NCBI GenBank assembly: GCA_041691775.1
Contig: JBEPUB010000013.1
Location: 11,913-75,912 of the forward strand
DNA from: Gemmatimonadota bacterium
GTDB lineage: Bacteria > Gemmatimonadota > Gemmatimonadetes > Gemmatimonadales > Gemmatimonadaceae
Direction of reading: 5' to 3'
Length of the DNA: 64,000 nt
Below are positions 32,113-40,902 of this stretch, in pieces. The notes below the pieces were generated by a model that was given only the letters and a program-made list of their open reading frames with translations, had not been told where the DNA came from and made no database searches. The position numbers were made by a program, and so were the translations under genes. Every line of letters begins with the position of its first letter. Position 1 is the first letter of the stretch.

Positions 32113-33540
32113 CTAGCTTGTCGCGAACCAACGGGCGATCGTCTTCACCAGTCCCGTGAACCGGGACTTCTGAAAATCGTCGGCCGCCTGCTTGATCGCT
32201 TCCGGATAGGTCGGGTAGGGATGAATCGTATTTGCCAGTTTGGCGGCTGACAGTCCGTTGCGCATGGCGACGGTGATCTCGCCGATCATGTTGCCCGCAC
32301 CGTAGCCGAGTATGTGACCGCCGAGGATTTTGCCGCGGGAAGTGGTGATGAGCTTCACCATTCCGTCGGTATGACCGTCGGTCACCGCTCGATCCACATC
32401 GCTGAATTTTCTGCGCCAGACTCGCACGGAGTCACCGTATTTTTCTCGCGCCTCATTCTCCGTGAGCCCAACGTGCGCCAGTTCCGGTGCGGTGTACGTT
32501 ACCCAGGGAACGGCATCATAGTTGGCCTTCCCCGCGAATGGAAAGAATGCGTTGCGCACGACGAGGCGCGCCTGGTAGTCGGCGACATGCGTGAAACGGA
32601 GCGGTCCGACACAATCGCCAGCTGCCCAGACATCGGACGCTGTGGTTTTAAGCGTATGATCTACAACGATCCCGTGCTTGTTCGCCTCGATACCGGCCCT
32701 TTCGAGATCCAGAGTTGCGACGTTGGGCGCTCGCCCGGTCGCGACGAGCAAGGCATCGCCCTCAAGCGTGACCGCGCGGCCATCGCTCGTGATCGCGTCA
32801 AGTTGGATGCGTCCATTCGCGCTGGCGACGCGGGTTGCCTTGGTACCGAGCAGTAGTGTAACGCCATCGGCGATGAGGCAGGCGCCGAGCATGTCAGCTA
32901 GCTCCCGGTCCTCGCGCGGAAGGATCTGCGCAGCGGCCTCGATGATCTGTACCGATGTACCAAGGCGCGCGAAGGCCTGGGCGAGTTCCAGTCCAATCGG
33001 ACCGCCGCCCAGGATGAGTAGCGTATGGGGTTGCTGCTCGAGCGAGAAGATGGTCTCATTGGTAAGGTAGGGAACCTTGTCGAGCCCCTCGATAGATGGA
33101 ATCGCTGGTTTGGATCCCGTTGCGATGGTTATCCGCTTGGCTGTGAGGGTGTCACCGTTCACCGTGAGAGTGCGTTCACCGACGAAACGGGCGGCACCGT
33201 CGATGACATCAACGCCTAACGACCGGAACCGGTCCGGGCTGTCATGTGGCGCGATGCGCTCCTGCGCTTCGCGTACCCAGCGCGTTACACCGGAGAAGTT
33301 CACCTCTACATCGTGAGCCGCGATGCCAAAGCGTGCGGCATTTCGTGCTTCGTGCGCTATGCGTGCACACGCGATCATGGCCTTGCTCGGTACGCAGCCA
33401 TTCCACAAACATTCGCCTCCCAGGCGGCTCTGTTCGATCAACGCGACGCGCGCGCCGATCCCCGCACTTCCCGCGCTCGTTACGAGACCGGCCGTGCCGC
33501 CACCGATCACGATCATGTCGTAGTGCGTCGCGCTCGCCAT
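32113..33540 (-). CDS. class-I pyridine-nucleotide disulfide oxidoreductase (dihydrolipoyl dehydrogenase / MerA-like, no metal-binding extensions)
   Basis: True start ATG 33540 (MASATHYDMIVIGGGTAGLV). Redox-active disulfide GGECLWNGCVPSK, second dinucleotide fold LILGGGPIGLE, and dimerisation motif IHPYPTYPEA. The upstream 93 codons of the ORF look non-coding. Confidence 0.8.
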   Translation of the reverse strand: MASATHYDMIVIGGGTAGLVTSAGSAGIGARVALIEQSRLGGECLWNGCVPSKAMIACARIAHEARNAARFGIAAHDVEVNFSGVTRWVREAQERIAPHDSPDRFRSLGVDVIDGAARFVGERTLTVNGDTLTAKRITIATGSKPAIPSIEGLDKVPYLTNETIFSLEQQPHTLLILGGGPIGLELAQAFARLGTSVQIIEAAAQILPREDRELADMLGACLIADGVTLLLGTKATRVASANGRIQLDAITSDGRAVTLEGDALLVATGRAPNVATLDLERAGIEANKHGIVVDHTLKTTASDVWAAGDCVGPLRFTHVADYQARLVVRNAFFPFAGKANYDAVPWVTYTAPELAHVGLTENEAREKYGDSVRVWRRKFSDVDRAVTDGHTDGMVKLITTSRGKILGGHILGYGAGNMIGEITVAMRNGLSAAKLANTIHPYPTYPEAIKQAADDFQKSRFTGLVKTIARWFATS

Positions 33541-33742
33541 TGCTGCGTTCTCCGTATATAAAGCAGATGAAGCACACGTGAGGTACCGATCTGGCAATTC
33601 CCATGTGACTGACAAAGTTCCGGCCCGCGTCCTGCACAGCATTCGTATACCGAAACGCGATCGATGGCACAGATCGATCCGTCTGGCGCTACGAGGCAGG
33701 AACTTCTGGCGCCATCTGTGAATTCTAAAGCATGAAGAAAAT

Positions 33743-34101
33743 ATGACGATTCCGTACCCGCGCATTCCACCCGTCATCGTGTCTATCGGGCCGCTCGCCG
33801 TCCGATGGTACGGAGTCATGTACGGCGTTGGCTACCTGCTCGGGTATCGCCTCGCACAGACTCGCACCGCGCGGGCTATCCTACCGATTGAAAAGGCCGA
33901 CCTGGACAGTTGGATAGGCTACCTCGTCGTCGGCATGCTCGTGGGCGCTCGTCTGACACGCGACAGCCCGACGCTCAACTGGGACTCATCGTTGGACCCT
34001 TCAGCATGGGACAGCTCCTGTCGGTAGGTATGCCGGCCCTGGGAGGCTTGCTACTCATTTTTGTCTTTGTTCCGCAGAGCCGACGTGCTACCGCGCCCTG
34101 A
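33743..34101 (+). pseudogene. lgt: remnant of prolipoprotein diacylglyceryl transferase (lgt) with a large out-of-frame internal deletion
   Basis: Frame 1 (33743-) encodes an Lgt N-terminus (PPVIVSIGPLAVRWYGVMYGVGYLLGY..LVVGMLVGARL). A different frame (to 34101) encodes an Lgt C-terminus (RQPDAQLGLIVGPFSMGQLLSVGMPALGGLLL, compare E. coli RQPDAQF..YISMGQILSIPMIVAG). Roughly 160 central codons are missing. Confidence 0.65.
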
Positions 34102-34149
34102 CCTGTTTCGTTCTGCCTACGCCCGAATTTTAACGAAGGATTCACTACC

Positions 34150-35529
34150 GTGGCCGAGTCATTTGATCTCGTAGTGGTGGGAACGGGAGCCGGCGCGTCG
34201 GCTCCGGTCTCCAGGTGTCGCGCAGCTGGGTGGCGCGTCGCAGTTGTCGATGACCAGTCGTATGGCGGCACCTGCGAGCTACGTGGCTGCGATCCCAAGA
34301 AGGTTCTCGTCGGCGCGGCTGATGTGATCGCCTGGCACCGGCGCATGATCGGCCATGGCCTTGCAGGCGAAGCAGCGATTGATTGGCCCGCACTCATGTG
34401 CTTCAAGCGAACTTTCACCGATCCTGCGCCGGCCAAGCACGAAACCGCATTCGAAAAGGCAGGTGTCGTCATGTACCACGGCAGCGCGCGGTTCACGGGC
34501 GAAACCAGCATGATCGTCACCGCCATTGACACGCATGCTCGCGAAGTCGAGTGTGAGCTAGAGGCAAACCACTTTGTCATCGCCAGTGGCGCCGAGCCGG
34601 TGACGCTTGGAATCCCGGGTGAAGAACACGTACGAACCAGCACCGACTTCCTGGAACTCGACAATCTGCCGCCCCGTATCGCTTTCATAGGCGCTGGTTA
34701 CATCGCCTTTGAGTTTGCGCACATCGTGCAGCGCGCCGGAGCGCAAGCCATCGTGCTCGGGCGTGGAGCGCCGCTGCGTCGGTTCGATCAGGATCTCGTC
34801 GCGCTCCTGATAACTCATTCCCGGAGCGTGGGGATAGATATTCACACCGGTGCCAACGTAGTCTCTGTGGAGAAGCAGACTGATGGATACCGAGTTCACT
34901 TTGCGACCAGTGCAGGCCCGCAGATCGTAGATGCCGATCTCGTTGTCCATGGTGCCGGCAGAATTCCCAAGACAAAGCAACTGGAGTTGAGTCGGGCGAA
35001 CGTGACCGTGGACGAACGAGGATCAGTCACGGTAAACGAGTTCCTTCAGAGCGTCTCGAACACGCACGTCTACGCCGCGGGTGACTGCACGCTTCCACCG
35101 GGCTCGATGCCGCTCACGCCTGTGGCAGGTCACGAGGGGATCGTCGTCGCTTCCAACCTGCTGCATGGCAACAGCAAGAAGCCCGACTATCGTGGCATTC
35201 CGAGCGTTGTGTTCACGGTGCCGCCGCTCGCCGCCGTAGGCCTTACCGAGGCGGAGGCGCGCGGTCAGGGGCTCAGTGTGCGCGTCAAGTGCGAGGACAC
35301 GGCGACTTGGTTCTCAAACCGACGGGTGAGCGAGTCCGCTGCGATGTTCAAGACGGTCGTCGAGAACGGGACGGACCGCGTCCTCGGAGCGCACCTCCTG
35401 GGGCCTGATGCACCCGACGTAATCAATGTCTTCGCACTCGCTGTGCGGCATGGAATCACCGCCACGGACTTGAAGCACATGATCTACGCATATCCGACGA
35501 GCACATCGGACGTGAGCTATATGTTCTAG
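34150..35529 (+). CDS. glutathione-reductase-like NAD(P)/FAD-dependent disulfide oxidoreductase
   Basis: 459 aa with a GTG start. Motifs are FDLVVVGTGAGA, redox disulfide GGTCELRGCDPKK, second fold AFIGAGYIAFE, and C-terminal YAYPTSTSD. Confidence 0.8.
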   Translation: MAESFDLVVVGTGAGASAPVSRCRAAGWRVAVVDDQSYGGTCELRGCDPKKVLVGAADVIAWHRRMIGHGLAGEAAIDWPALMCFKRTFTDPAPAKHETAFEKAGVVMYHGSARFTGETSMIVTAIDTHAREVECELEANHFVIASGAEPVTLGIPGEEHVRTSTDFLELDNLPPRIAFIGAGYIAFEFAHIVQRAGAQAIVLGRGAPLRRFDQDLVALLITHSRSVGIDIHTGANVVSVEKQTDGYRVHFATSAGPQIVDADLVVHGAGRIPKTKQLELSRANVTVDERGSVTVNEFLQSVSNTHVYAAGDCTLPPGSMPLTPVAGHEGIVVASNLLHGNSKKPDYRGIPSVVFTVPPLAAVGLTEAEARGQGLSVRVKCEDTATWFSNRRVSESAAMFKTVVENGTDRVLGAHLLGPDAPDVINVFALAVRHGITATDLKHMIYAYPTSTSDVSYMF

Positions 35530-35838
35530 CAGGTCGCTGAAAAACTATTTTGCGGCACACTTACAAACACCGCGAGCTCCGCATTTGCTGCAAGATCCAC
35601 GACCCTCGGTCGGTCAATTATTTCGCAAGGTTACATTTGCTCCATTTGATGCCGCATGCACTTCGCGCTAAGCCTGGGCTGAACCCACTACGCGAAGAAG
35701 ACGACCCCCGTCGGAAGGCCGACAGGTGATCCCGCGCTACCGCGCGTATCGGGACTGCCGTCGTGCGGCTCTCGACCTATTCGCCGTGGACATATATGTC
35801 TCAACACGCCACCACAAGCAGCCCCAGCCAACGGTTCG

Positions 35839-37221
35839 ATGCGCCCTACTTTAGCGAACGACTCCCCGGCAGACGAGCATCGGATTGAGGTCTTGCAGCG
35901 CGCCACCTTCGGCTATTTCGAGCGGGTGGCGAATCCCTCGAATGGTCTCGTCCGCGACAACACCCGAACCGACTCGCCGGCTAGCATCGTTGGAAGCGGG
36001 CTCGCGATGGCGTGTTATGCCGTGGCAGCAGAGCGCGGATACGTGCCACGGGAACACGCAGCGGAGCGGGTTCTGGCAACGCTTCGCTTCTTCTGGAATT
36101 CCGAACAGAGCGAGCACCCCGAAGCCACGGGATATCGTGGCTTCTTCTACCACTTCCTGGACATGCAAACGGGCACTCGTTTCCGCGAGTGCGAGCTCTC
36201 GTCCATCGACTCGGCTGTCGTGTTCATCGGCGGCCTGGTTGCGGCTGCGTACTTCGACGGCGACAGCGCGAACGAGCGAGAGATACGCTGGCTGGCAGAC
36301 GCGCTCTATCGACGAGCCGATTGGAACTGGCTGCTCGACGCGCACGGCGCGGTGGGACATGGTTGGCGGCCGGAGCGAGGATTCATCCCGTACGCATATT
36401 GTGGTTACAACGAAGCGCTCTTCCTCTATATCCTGGCACTTGCCTCTCCAACGCACCCGATTCCAAGCGACAGCTACTCTCGATGGCTGTCGACCTACAA
36501 ATGGAAGACGATCTACGGCTATGAGTTCCTGTACGCCGGACCGCTATTCATTCACCAGTTGAGCCATGTCTGGATCGACTTCCGTGGCATTCAGGATGAG
36601 TTCATGCGCGGCAAGAAGATCGATTATTTCGAGAACAGCCGGCGCGCGACGTACGTGCAGCAGCAATACGCGCGGCGGAACCCACGCAAATTCGATGGCT
36701 ACGGTGATCACTCATGGGGGATCACAGCTAGCGATGGACCCGGTCCAGGGAAGTGCAAGGTGCACGGTAGAGAGCAGAATTTCTACGCGTACCGCGCGCG
36801 TGGCGTTCCGTACGGCCCCGATGATGGGACCCTGTCACCCTGGGCGATCGTGGCGTCGCTCCCGTTCGCTCCGGAGATTGTGCTGCCCACATTGGAGTAC
36901 CTGGACGCCGCACATCCGGCAATGACCGGCCAGTACGGCTACAAGTGCAGCTTCAACCCGTCGTTCTGCAGGCCTCCGGTGGTAGTGGCTGGACCCGAAC
37001 AGAGCGGGAGGCCCGCTGCGGAATACACACACGACGCCGGATGGCTGTCAGAGGGTTATTACGCCATCGATCAGGGACCCGTGGTGTTGATGATCGAGAA
37101 CTATCGCACCGGACTGATCTGGCGGCTAATGCGCGATTGCCCTTACATCGTGGACGGATTACGCCGCGCCGGGTTTCAGGGCGGGTGGCTCACCACCCCG
37201 GACACAGTCGCTGCATCGTAG
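35839..37221 (+). CDS. glucoamylase-family protein (GH144/DUF3131-like, possible beta-1,2-glucanase)
   Basis: 460 aa with (alpha/alpha)6-type sequence features I recall from proteins annotated as glucoamylase family (NGLVRDNT..SPASIVGSGLAMACY, GFFYHFLDM, ELSSIDSA). No signal peptide is visible. The family call is from memory only. Confidence 0.5.
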   Translation: MRPTLANDSPADEHRIEVLQRATFGYFERVANPSNGLVRDNTRTDSPASIVGSGLAMACYAVAAERGYVPREHAAERVLATLRFFWNSEQSEHPEATGYRGFFYHFLDMQTGTRFRECELSSIDSAVVFIGGLVAAAYFDGDSANEREIRWLADALYRRADWNWLLDAHGAVGHGWRPERGFIPYAYCGYNEALFLYILALASPTHPIPSDSYSRWLSTYKWKTIYGYEFLYAGPLFIHQLSHVWIDFRGIQDEFMRGKKIDYFENSRRATYVQQQYARRNPRKFDGYGDHSWGITASDGPGPGKCKVHGREQNFYAYRARGVPYGPDDGTLSPWAIVASLPFAPEIVLPTLEYLDAAHPAMTGQYGYKCSFNPSFCRPPVVVAGPEQSGRPAAEYTHDAGWLSEGYYAIDQGPVVLMIENYRTGLIWRLMRDCPYIVDGLRRAGFQGGWLTTPDTVAAS

Positions 37222-37270
37222 CGCCGCAATAATTGACATCTGCCACCTCAAGCGTGCTCGAGACCCGTGA

Positions 37271-37294
37271 CGGCATGATCCGCGGATCATGCCG
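37271..37294. terminator. perfect 24-bp palindrome between convergent genes (candidate bidirectional terminator)
   Basis: cggcatgatccg|cggatcatgccg. It is located between the stop at 37221 (+) and the stop at 37321 (-). There is no U-tract. Confidence 0.4.
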
Positions 37295-37320
37295 CCGCAC
37301 GCTCCGGTCAAGACCGCTTC

Positions 37321-38091
37321 CTAGGCGCGCCCCTTGATCGCCGCAATGAACGTGCGGATTCTGCGCGCATTTGTGCCCACGTCACTGCCGCCGACACGCG
37401 AGAGCGACCTGATATCTACCTGTGAGCCAGCCGGCGTTGGTTTTACGCGTACAACCTGGTCATCCGTAAATCCGAACCACGGAGTACGATCGCTCGACTC
37501 CATCCGGCCGGCGACTGTATCCAGCGCTACGACTGTCCAGCCAAGCTGATGCGCGACCGTTGCAGCACGTTCGAGCGCCTGCGCAGGAGGAACGTTGAGA
37601 ATCACGGGCGCGATGTCTGGATATCCCGCCTGTTGCTTCGCCGCTACCGCAGGACCACCGTAGTCCACAGGATTGAGCGCGCCGGGCCTGCGATCGTGCA
37701 ACGCAACAAAGACCGGCGGATCATTCGTATCCGTCGTGATGTCATGAATCGGCGGCAGTGCACGCGCCGCACGCAGCATACGCCAGGGCACTGACACGAT
37801 GCCAAACGCAACTGCTACGGCAACCGCAGCGATGATCAGACTCCGGTTTCGGCGTGCGCCAATAACGAGAAGAGCCGCCACTACCGTCACAATCGCGGCT
37901 GCGATGGCAGCGTAAGCGGCCCATTTCAACAGGGTGAATCCAGTTGTGAAATACCACCAGCCCCAGCGCGAGCCCAATCCTGCGAACGCCATCAGTATCA
38001 CGGCCAGCGCAACGAACACCGCGCCAACCGTTACTGCCGTAGTACTCTCCCGCGCCGGACGAGGGGCCTGTGCTTGAGCGAATTCAGCCAT
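37321..38091 (-). CDS. DUF1499-family membrane protein
   Basis: 256 aa with three N-terminal TM helices, then the pattern PPIHDITTDTNDPPVF...TPWFGFTDDQVVRV...DIRSLSRVGGSDVGTNARRIRTF, which is typical of DUF1499. Confidence 0.65.
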   Translation of the reverse strand: MAEFAQAQAPRPARESTTAVTVGAVFVALAVILMAFAGLGSRWGWWYFTTGFTLLKWAAYAAIAAAIVTVVAALLVIGARRNRSLIIAAVAVAVAFGIVSVPWRMLRAARALPPIHDITTDTNDPPVFVALHDRRPGALNPVDYGGPAVAAKQQAGYPDIAPVILNVPPAQALERAATVAHQLGWTVVALDTVAGRMESSDRTPWFGFTDDQVVRVKPTPAGSQVDIRSLSRVGGSDVGTNARRIRTFIAAIKGRA

Positions 38092-38899
38092 GAGACTTTC
38101 CCGAGTTTAGGTGTGCGTCGACGAATGGCATTTCGAGAATCCTGGGGAGCGTCACGTCCCGCGGATCCTGGTAACCGGAGATTCCGATCGTGATGCCCGC
38201 CTGCGCAACATCGCTACGAAGTGTTCCGTGAAGCAAGTCCCAGAATATAAGACCACTGGACCAGTTCGAGTTGACTTCGTCCGCCGCCGCGGAGTGATGG
38301 ATACCGTGTAGCCGCGGCGTCATGATCAGCCGGCCCAGCCACCGCTCGAGTTTGCGGGGTAGCTTCACGTTCGAGTGGTGAAACATTACGGACGCCATGA
38401 GCAACCGTTGATACAGAGCAAGCGATCGAGGTGTCACGCCGACCAGAAGTATCGTCGCCGCACGCCACGGTACCGACGCCGCAAGCTCGCCGAAGTGAAA
38501 ACGTAGCGCAGTGGATGCGTCCAGATCGAGGTCCACGTGATGTACAGCGTGAAAGCGCCAGAGCGGTTGGATTCGATGCTCCAGTACGTGCCATGCATAC
38601 AGCGAGTAGTCCAGCAGGACCACGGCCAGAGTCGTCTCGAGCCACCGAGGCAGCGCAAACTGCTGCAGTAGTCCGAATCGGCGCCGCTCGACCCATCGCG
38701 CAACCGGAAGCGATACGGGGCGCTCGACAAGTTGCAGCGCCACGGCACCCATCCCCGCAAGCGCCAGATTGCGCGCCACTCGGCGCTGCTTGCTCTCTAC
38801 CGTGTCACGCAGCGCAGCTCGGTGTTCGAGCCATAGCAACAGGCCAAAGCCGGCGACACCGAGGACACCCGACCAGCCGAACCGCCGGTTATCTGCCAT
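38084..38899 (-). CDS. fatty-acid hydroxylase / sterol-desaturase superfamily membrane protein
   Basis: His boxes HVLEH, HAVHH, HHSN and HGIHH. The ORF opens at TTG 38917, but I prefer ATG 38899. Confidence 0.8.
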   Translation of the reverse strand: MADNRRFGWSGVLGVAGFGLLLWLEHRAALRDTVESKQRRVARNLALAGMGAVALQLVERPVSLPVARWVERRRFGLLQQFALPRWLETTLAVVLLDYSLYAWHVLEHRIQPLWRFHAVHHVDLDLDASTALRFHFGELAASVPWRAATILLVGVTPRSLALYQRLLMASVMFHHSNVKLPRKLERWLGRLIMTPRLHGIHHSAAADEVNSNWSSGLIFWDLLHGTLRSDVAQAGITIGISGYQDPRDVTLPRILEMPFVDAHLNSGKSHG

Positions 38900-38935
38900 T
38901 GTACCAGTAAGACGCAAGCTCGGTTGCCACAGTCT

Positions 38936-39655
38936 CTACGATCCTGGACGCGGTTGCTCGCGCCCACGCTCCAATTCTCCCAGTTGACGAGTCGCCAGTC
39001 GCGTGATGACGAAGATGACGGCAATGGTCGCAATCACTCCGGCTGCCATGAGGCCATAAAACGCGGTTCCCCGGCGTACATCGGCGGTGAGACCCGTCAG
39101 GTTGGCGACTACTGTTCCGTAGTAGGTATAGACGAGCGTGCCCGGGAGGATGAACATCGTTCCGACTATGTAATCGCGCGTGCTGATGCGCGTGACACCG
39201 AGCGCGTAATTGAGAACGGTATACGGCAGCACCGGTGAGAGTCGTAGGAGTGCCACGAGCTTGATCCCACCCCGGGTAGCGGTCGAATCGATAAGGGCGA
39301 ACCGCTTGTCGTCTTGCAACCGGCGGGTGACCATCGGTCGTACAACGTAGCGAGCCATCAAGAATGCCGCGAGCGAGCCCAGCATTGCACCGATGAACGC
39401 GTAAGCGGAACCCGCAACGAATCCAAACAACGCTCCCGCCGCGAGAGTCAGCACGCTCGCCGGAATCAGGAATATCTCAACTACGGTGTACGTCACCACG
39501 AATGCGATCGGCCCCCATGCGCCAAGTCCATGAACCCAGCGCGCGAACGGCAAGACGTACTGCTTGGAGTAGTGCCCCAGTGCCCAGAGTAGCAAGCCCA
39601 GGCCCGCGATCACAGCGAGCCATCGGAGCAGAATGGACAGACGTGGTAGCTTCAC
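38936..39655 (-). CDS. TVP38/TMEM64 (DedA-related) family membrane protein
   Basis: 239 aa, polytopic, with family-like blocks (IPASVLTLAAGALFG, LRLSPVLPYTVLNYALGVT). GTG start 3 nt after the anti-sigma stop. Confidence 0.7.
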   Translation of the reverse strand: MKLPRLSILLRWLAVIAGLGLLLWALGHYSKQYVLPFARWVHGLGAWGPIAFVVTYTVVEIFLIPASVLTLAAGALFGFVAGSAYAFIGAMLGSLAAFLMARYVVRPMVTRRLQDDKRFALIDSTATRGGIKLVALLRLSPVLPYTVLNYALGVTRISTRDYIVGTMFILPGTLVYTYYGTVVANLTGLTADVRRGTAFYGLMAAGVIATIAVIFVITRLATRQLGELERGREQPRPGS

Positions 39656-39658
39656 GAT

Positions 39659-39937
39659 CTAGACGCCACTAAATCCGCTACGCTGTAGCGCGCCCATCAA
39701 CCGTTCTCGCAGAGCCCCGGGGTTGGAATGCTCGCGCCGAAGCCGAGTGAGGCTCGTAAGAAACTCTCGTTCGAAGTCGTATTGTGGATAGCACCGCGCG
39801 CACATCGCCACATGGGCGCGAATGGCGCCCATCCGTTCGGCAGTCAGTTCTTCATCCAGGTAGTCCCATAGCTGCTTCATCACTTCCTCACAGTCGAGCA
39901 TGGGGGACTTCCACGGAAGTCTTAAACCTAGCTTCAT
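39659..39937 (-). CDS. zinc-binding anti-sigma factor (ZAS, RsrA-like)
   Basis: 92 aa with the motif H-x3-C-x2-C (HVAMCARC) plus an upstream Cys (LDCEEV). ATGA overlap with the sigma gene. Confidence 0.8.
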   Translation of the reverse strand: MKLGLRLPWKSPMLDCEEVMKQLWDYLDEELTAERMGAIRAHVAMCARCYPQYDFEREFLTSLTRLRREHSNPGALRERLMGALQRSGFSGV

Positions 39938-40536
39938 GTCGTCAACTCCGAATTGGAGGAGTCACCGCTGGAGCGGGCCAAGCCCGCATCCTTCGCGTAC
40001 TCGAGCAGGGATTGCTGCAGGAGCCGTCTGCCGCGAAACAACCGAGATCGTATTGTGCCCACCGGAACGTCCAGCACCTCTGATGCGACAGCATATGATT
40101 CGTCCTGAACATCCACCAGAATCACAACCTCGCGGAACGCTTCCGGCAACTCATGCAGTGCTCGCTCCAACGCCGGCTCCAGATCGATCTGCACGAAAAG
40201 ATCGCCCAGCCCTCCCTGCACAGCCGAAGCGTGGAGAGCAGCGGCCGCCAGCGCCTCCAACTCCGCGTCCTCGCACGCGACCTGGCGCTTATCGCGCCGG
40301 TGACCGCGCAGGAACACGTTTCGGCAGATCGTGAATAGCCATCCGCGACACTCAGTGCCAACCTGGTAGCTAGGCCACGCGGTGTACGCTCTCAGGAACG
40401 TCTCCTGCACGAGGTCATCCGCGTCCGGCTCACTACGAGAGAGCGAGAGCGCATACCCAGTCACGTCGGGAAGCCAGCACAGCGCCTCATCCGCAAACTG
40501 GCGGTCCTTGAGCGCTTTCGGGTCGATGTTGCTCAT
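39934..40536 (-). CDS. ECF-type RNA polymerase sigma-70 factor
   Basis: Region 2 (DADDLVQETFLRAYTAW) and region 4 (YAVASEVLDVPVGTIRSRLFRGRRLL). The ORF opens at TTG 40560, but I prefer ATG 40536 (MSNIDPK). Confidence 0.85.
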   Translation of the reverse strand: MSNIDPKALKDRQFADEALCWLPDVTGYALSLSRSEPDADDLVQETFLRAYTAWPSYQVGTECRGWLFTICRNVFLRGHRRDKRQVACEDAELEALAAAALHASAVQGGLGDLFVQIDLEPALERALHELPEAFREVVILVDVQDESYAVASEVLDVPVGTIRSRLFRGRRLLQQSLLEYAKDAGLARSSGDSSNSELTT

Positions 40537-40902
40537 TGCATGGTCATGACGCCGAGACAATCCCGGAATGTTGAAGTTAGTTCCGCATGGGCGTGCGGGA
40601 TTGTCTGATAGCCGGTTAAGGAGTGACCCAATGATACCCGGTTACTTCTCCCGAGAGCGGTCGACTTCGCTGCAGACGATGAGCGTGGCCATCGCGGTAT
40701 CACCGCCGCGTAGCCAGCAGCGCGTGGACAAAGGCGTACCCGACAATCGGGATTGCGATTATGACGTACAGGCGCAGGAGAATCAGCAGAGCCACGGTTC
40801 CCCGACCCAGCTCACGGCGCGGCAGCGGAAGCTCTGATACGGCCGTGCGCTGGTCGGCTTCGAGAGCATCGATCAACTTCGGATCGTACTGCACGGTGGC
40901 CC

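Noticed and set aside
40561-40600. GGAAC motif upstream of the ECF sigma gene, as a possible autoregulated ECF promoter
   Set aside because: The nearest GTC/CGTC -10-like element is 21 nt away, which is too long for the usual 16-18 nt ECF spacer.
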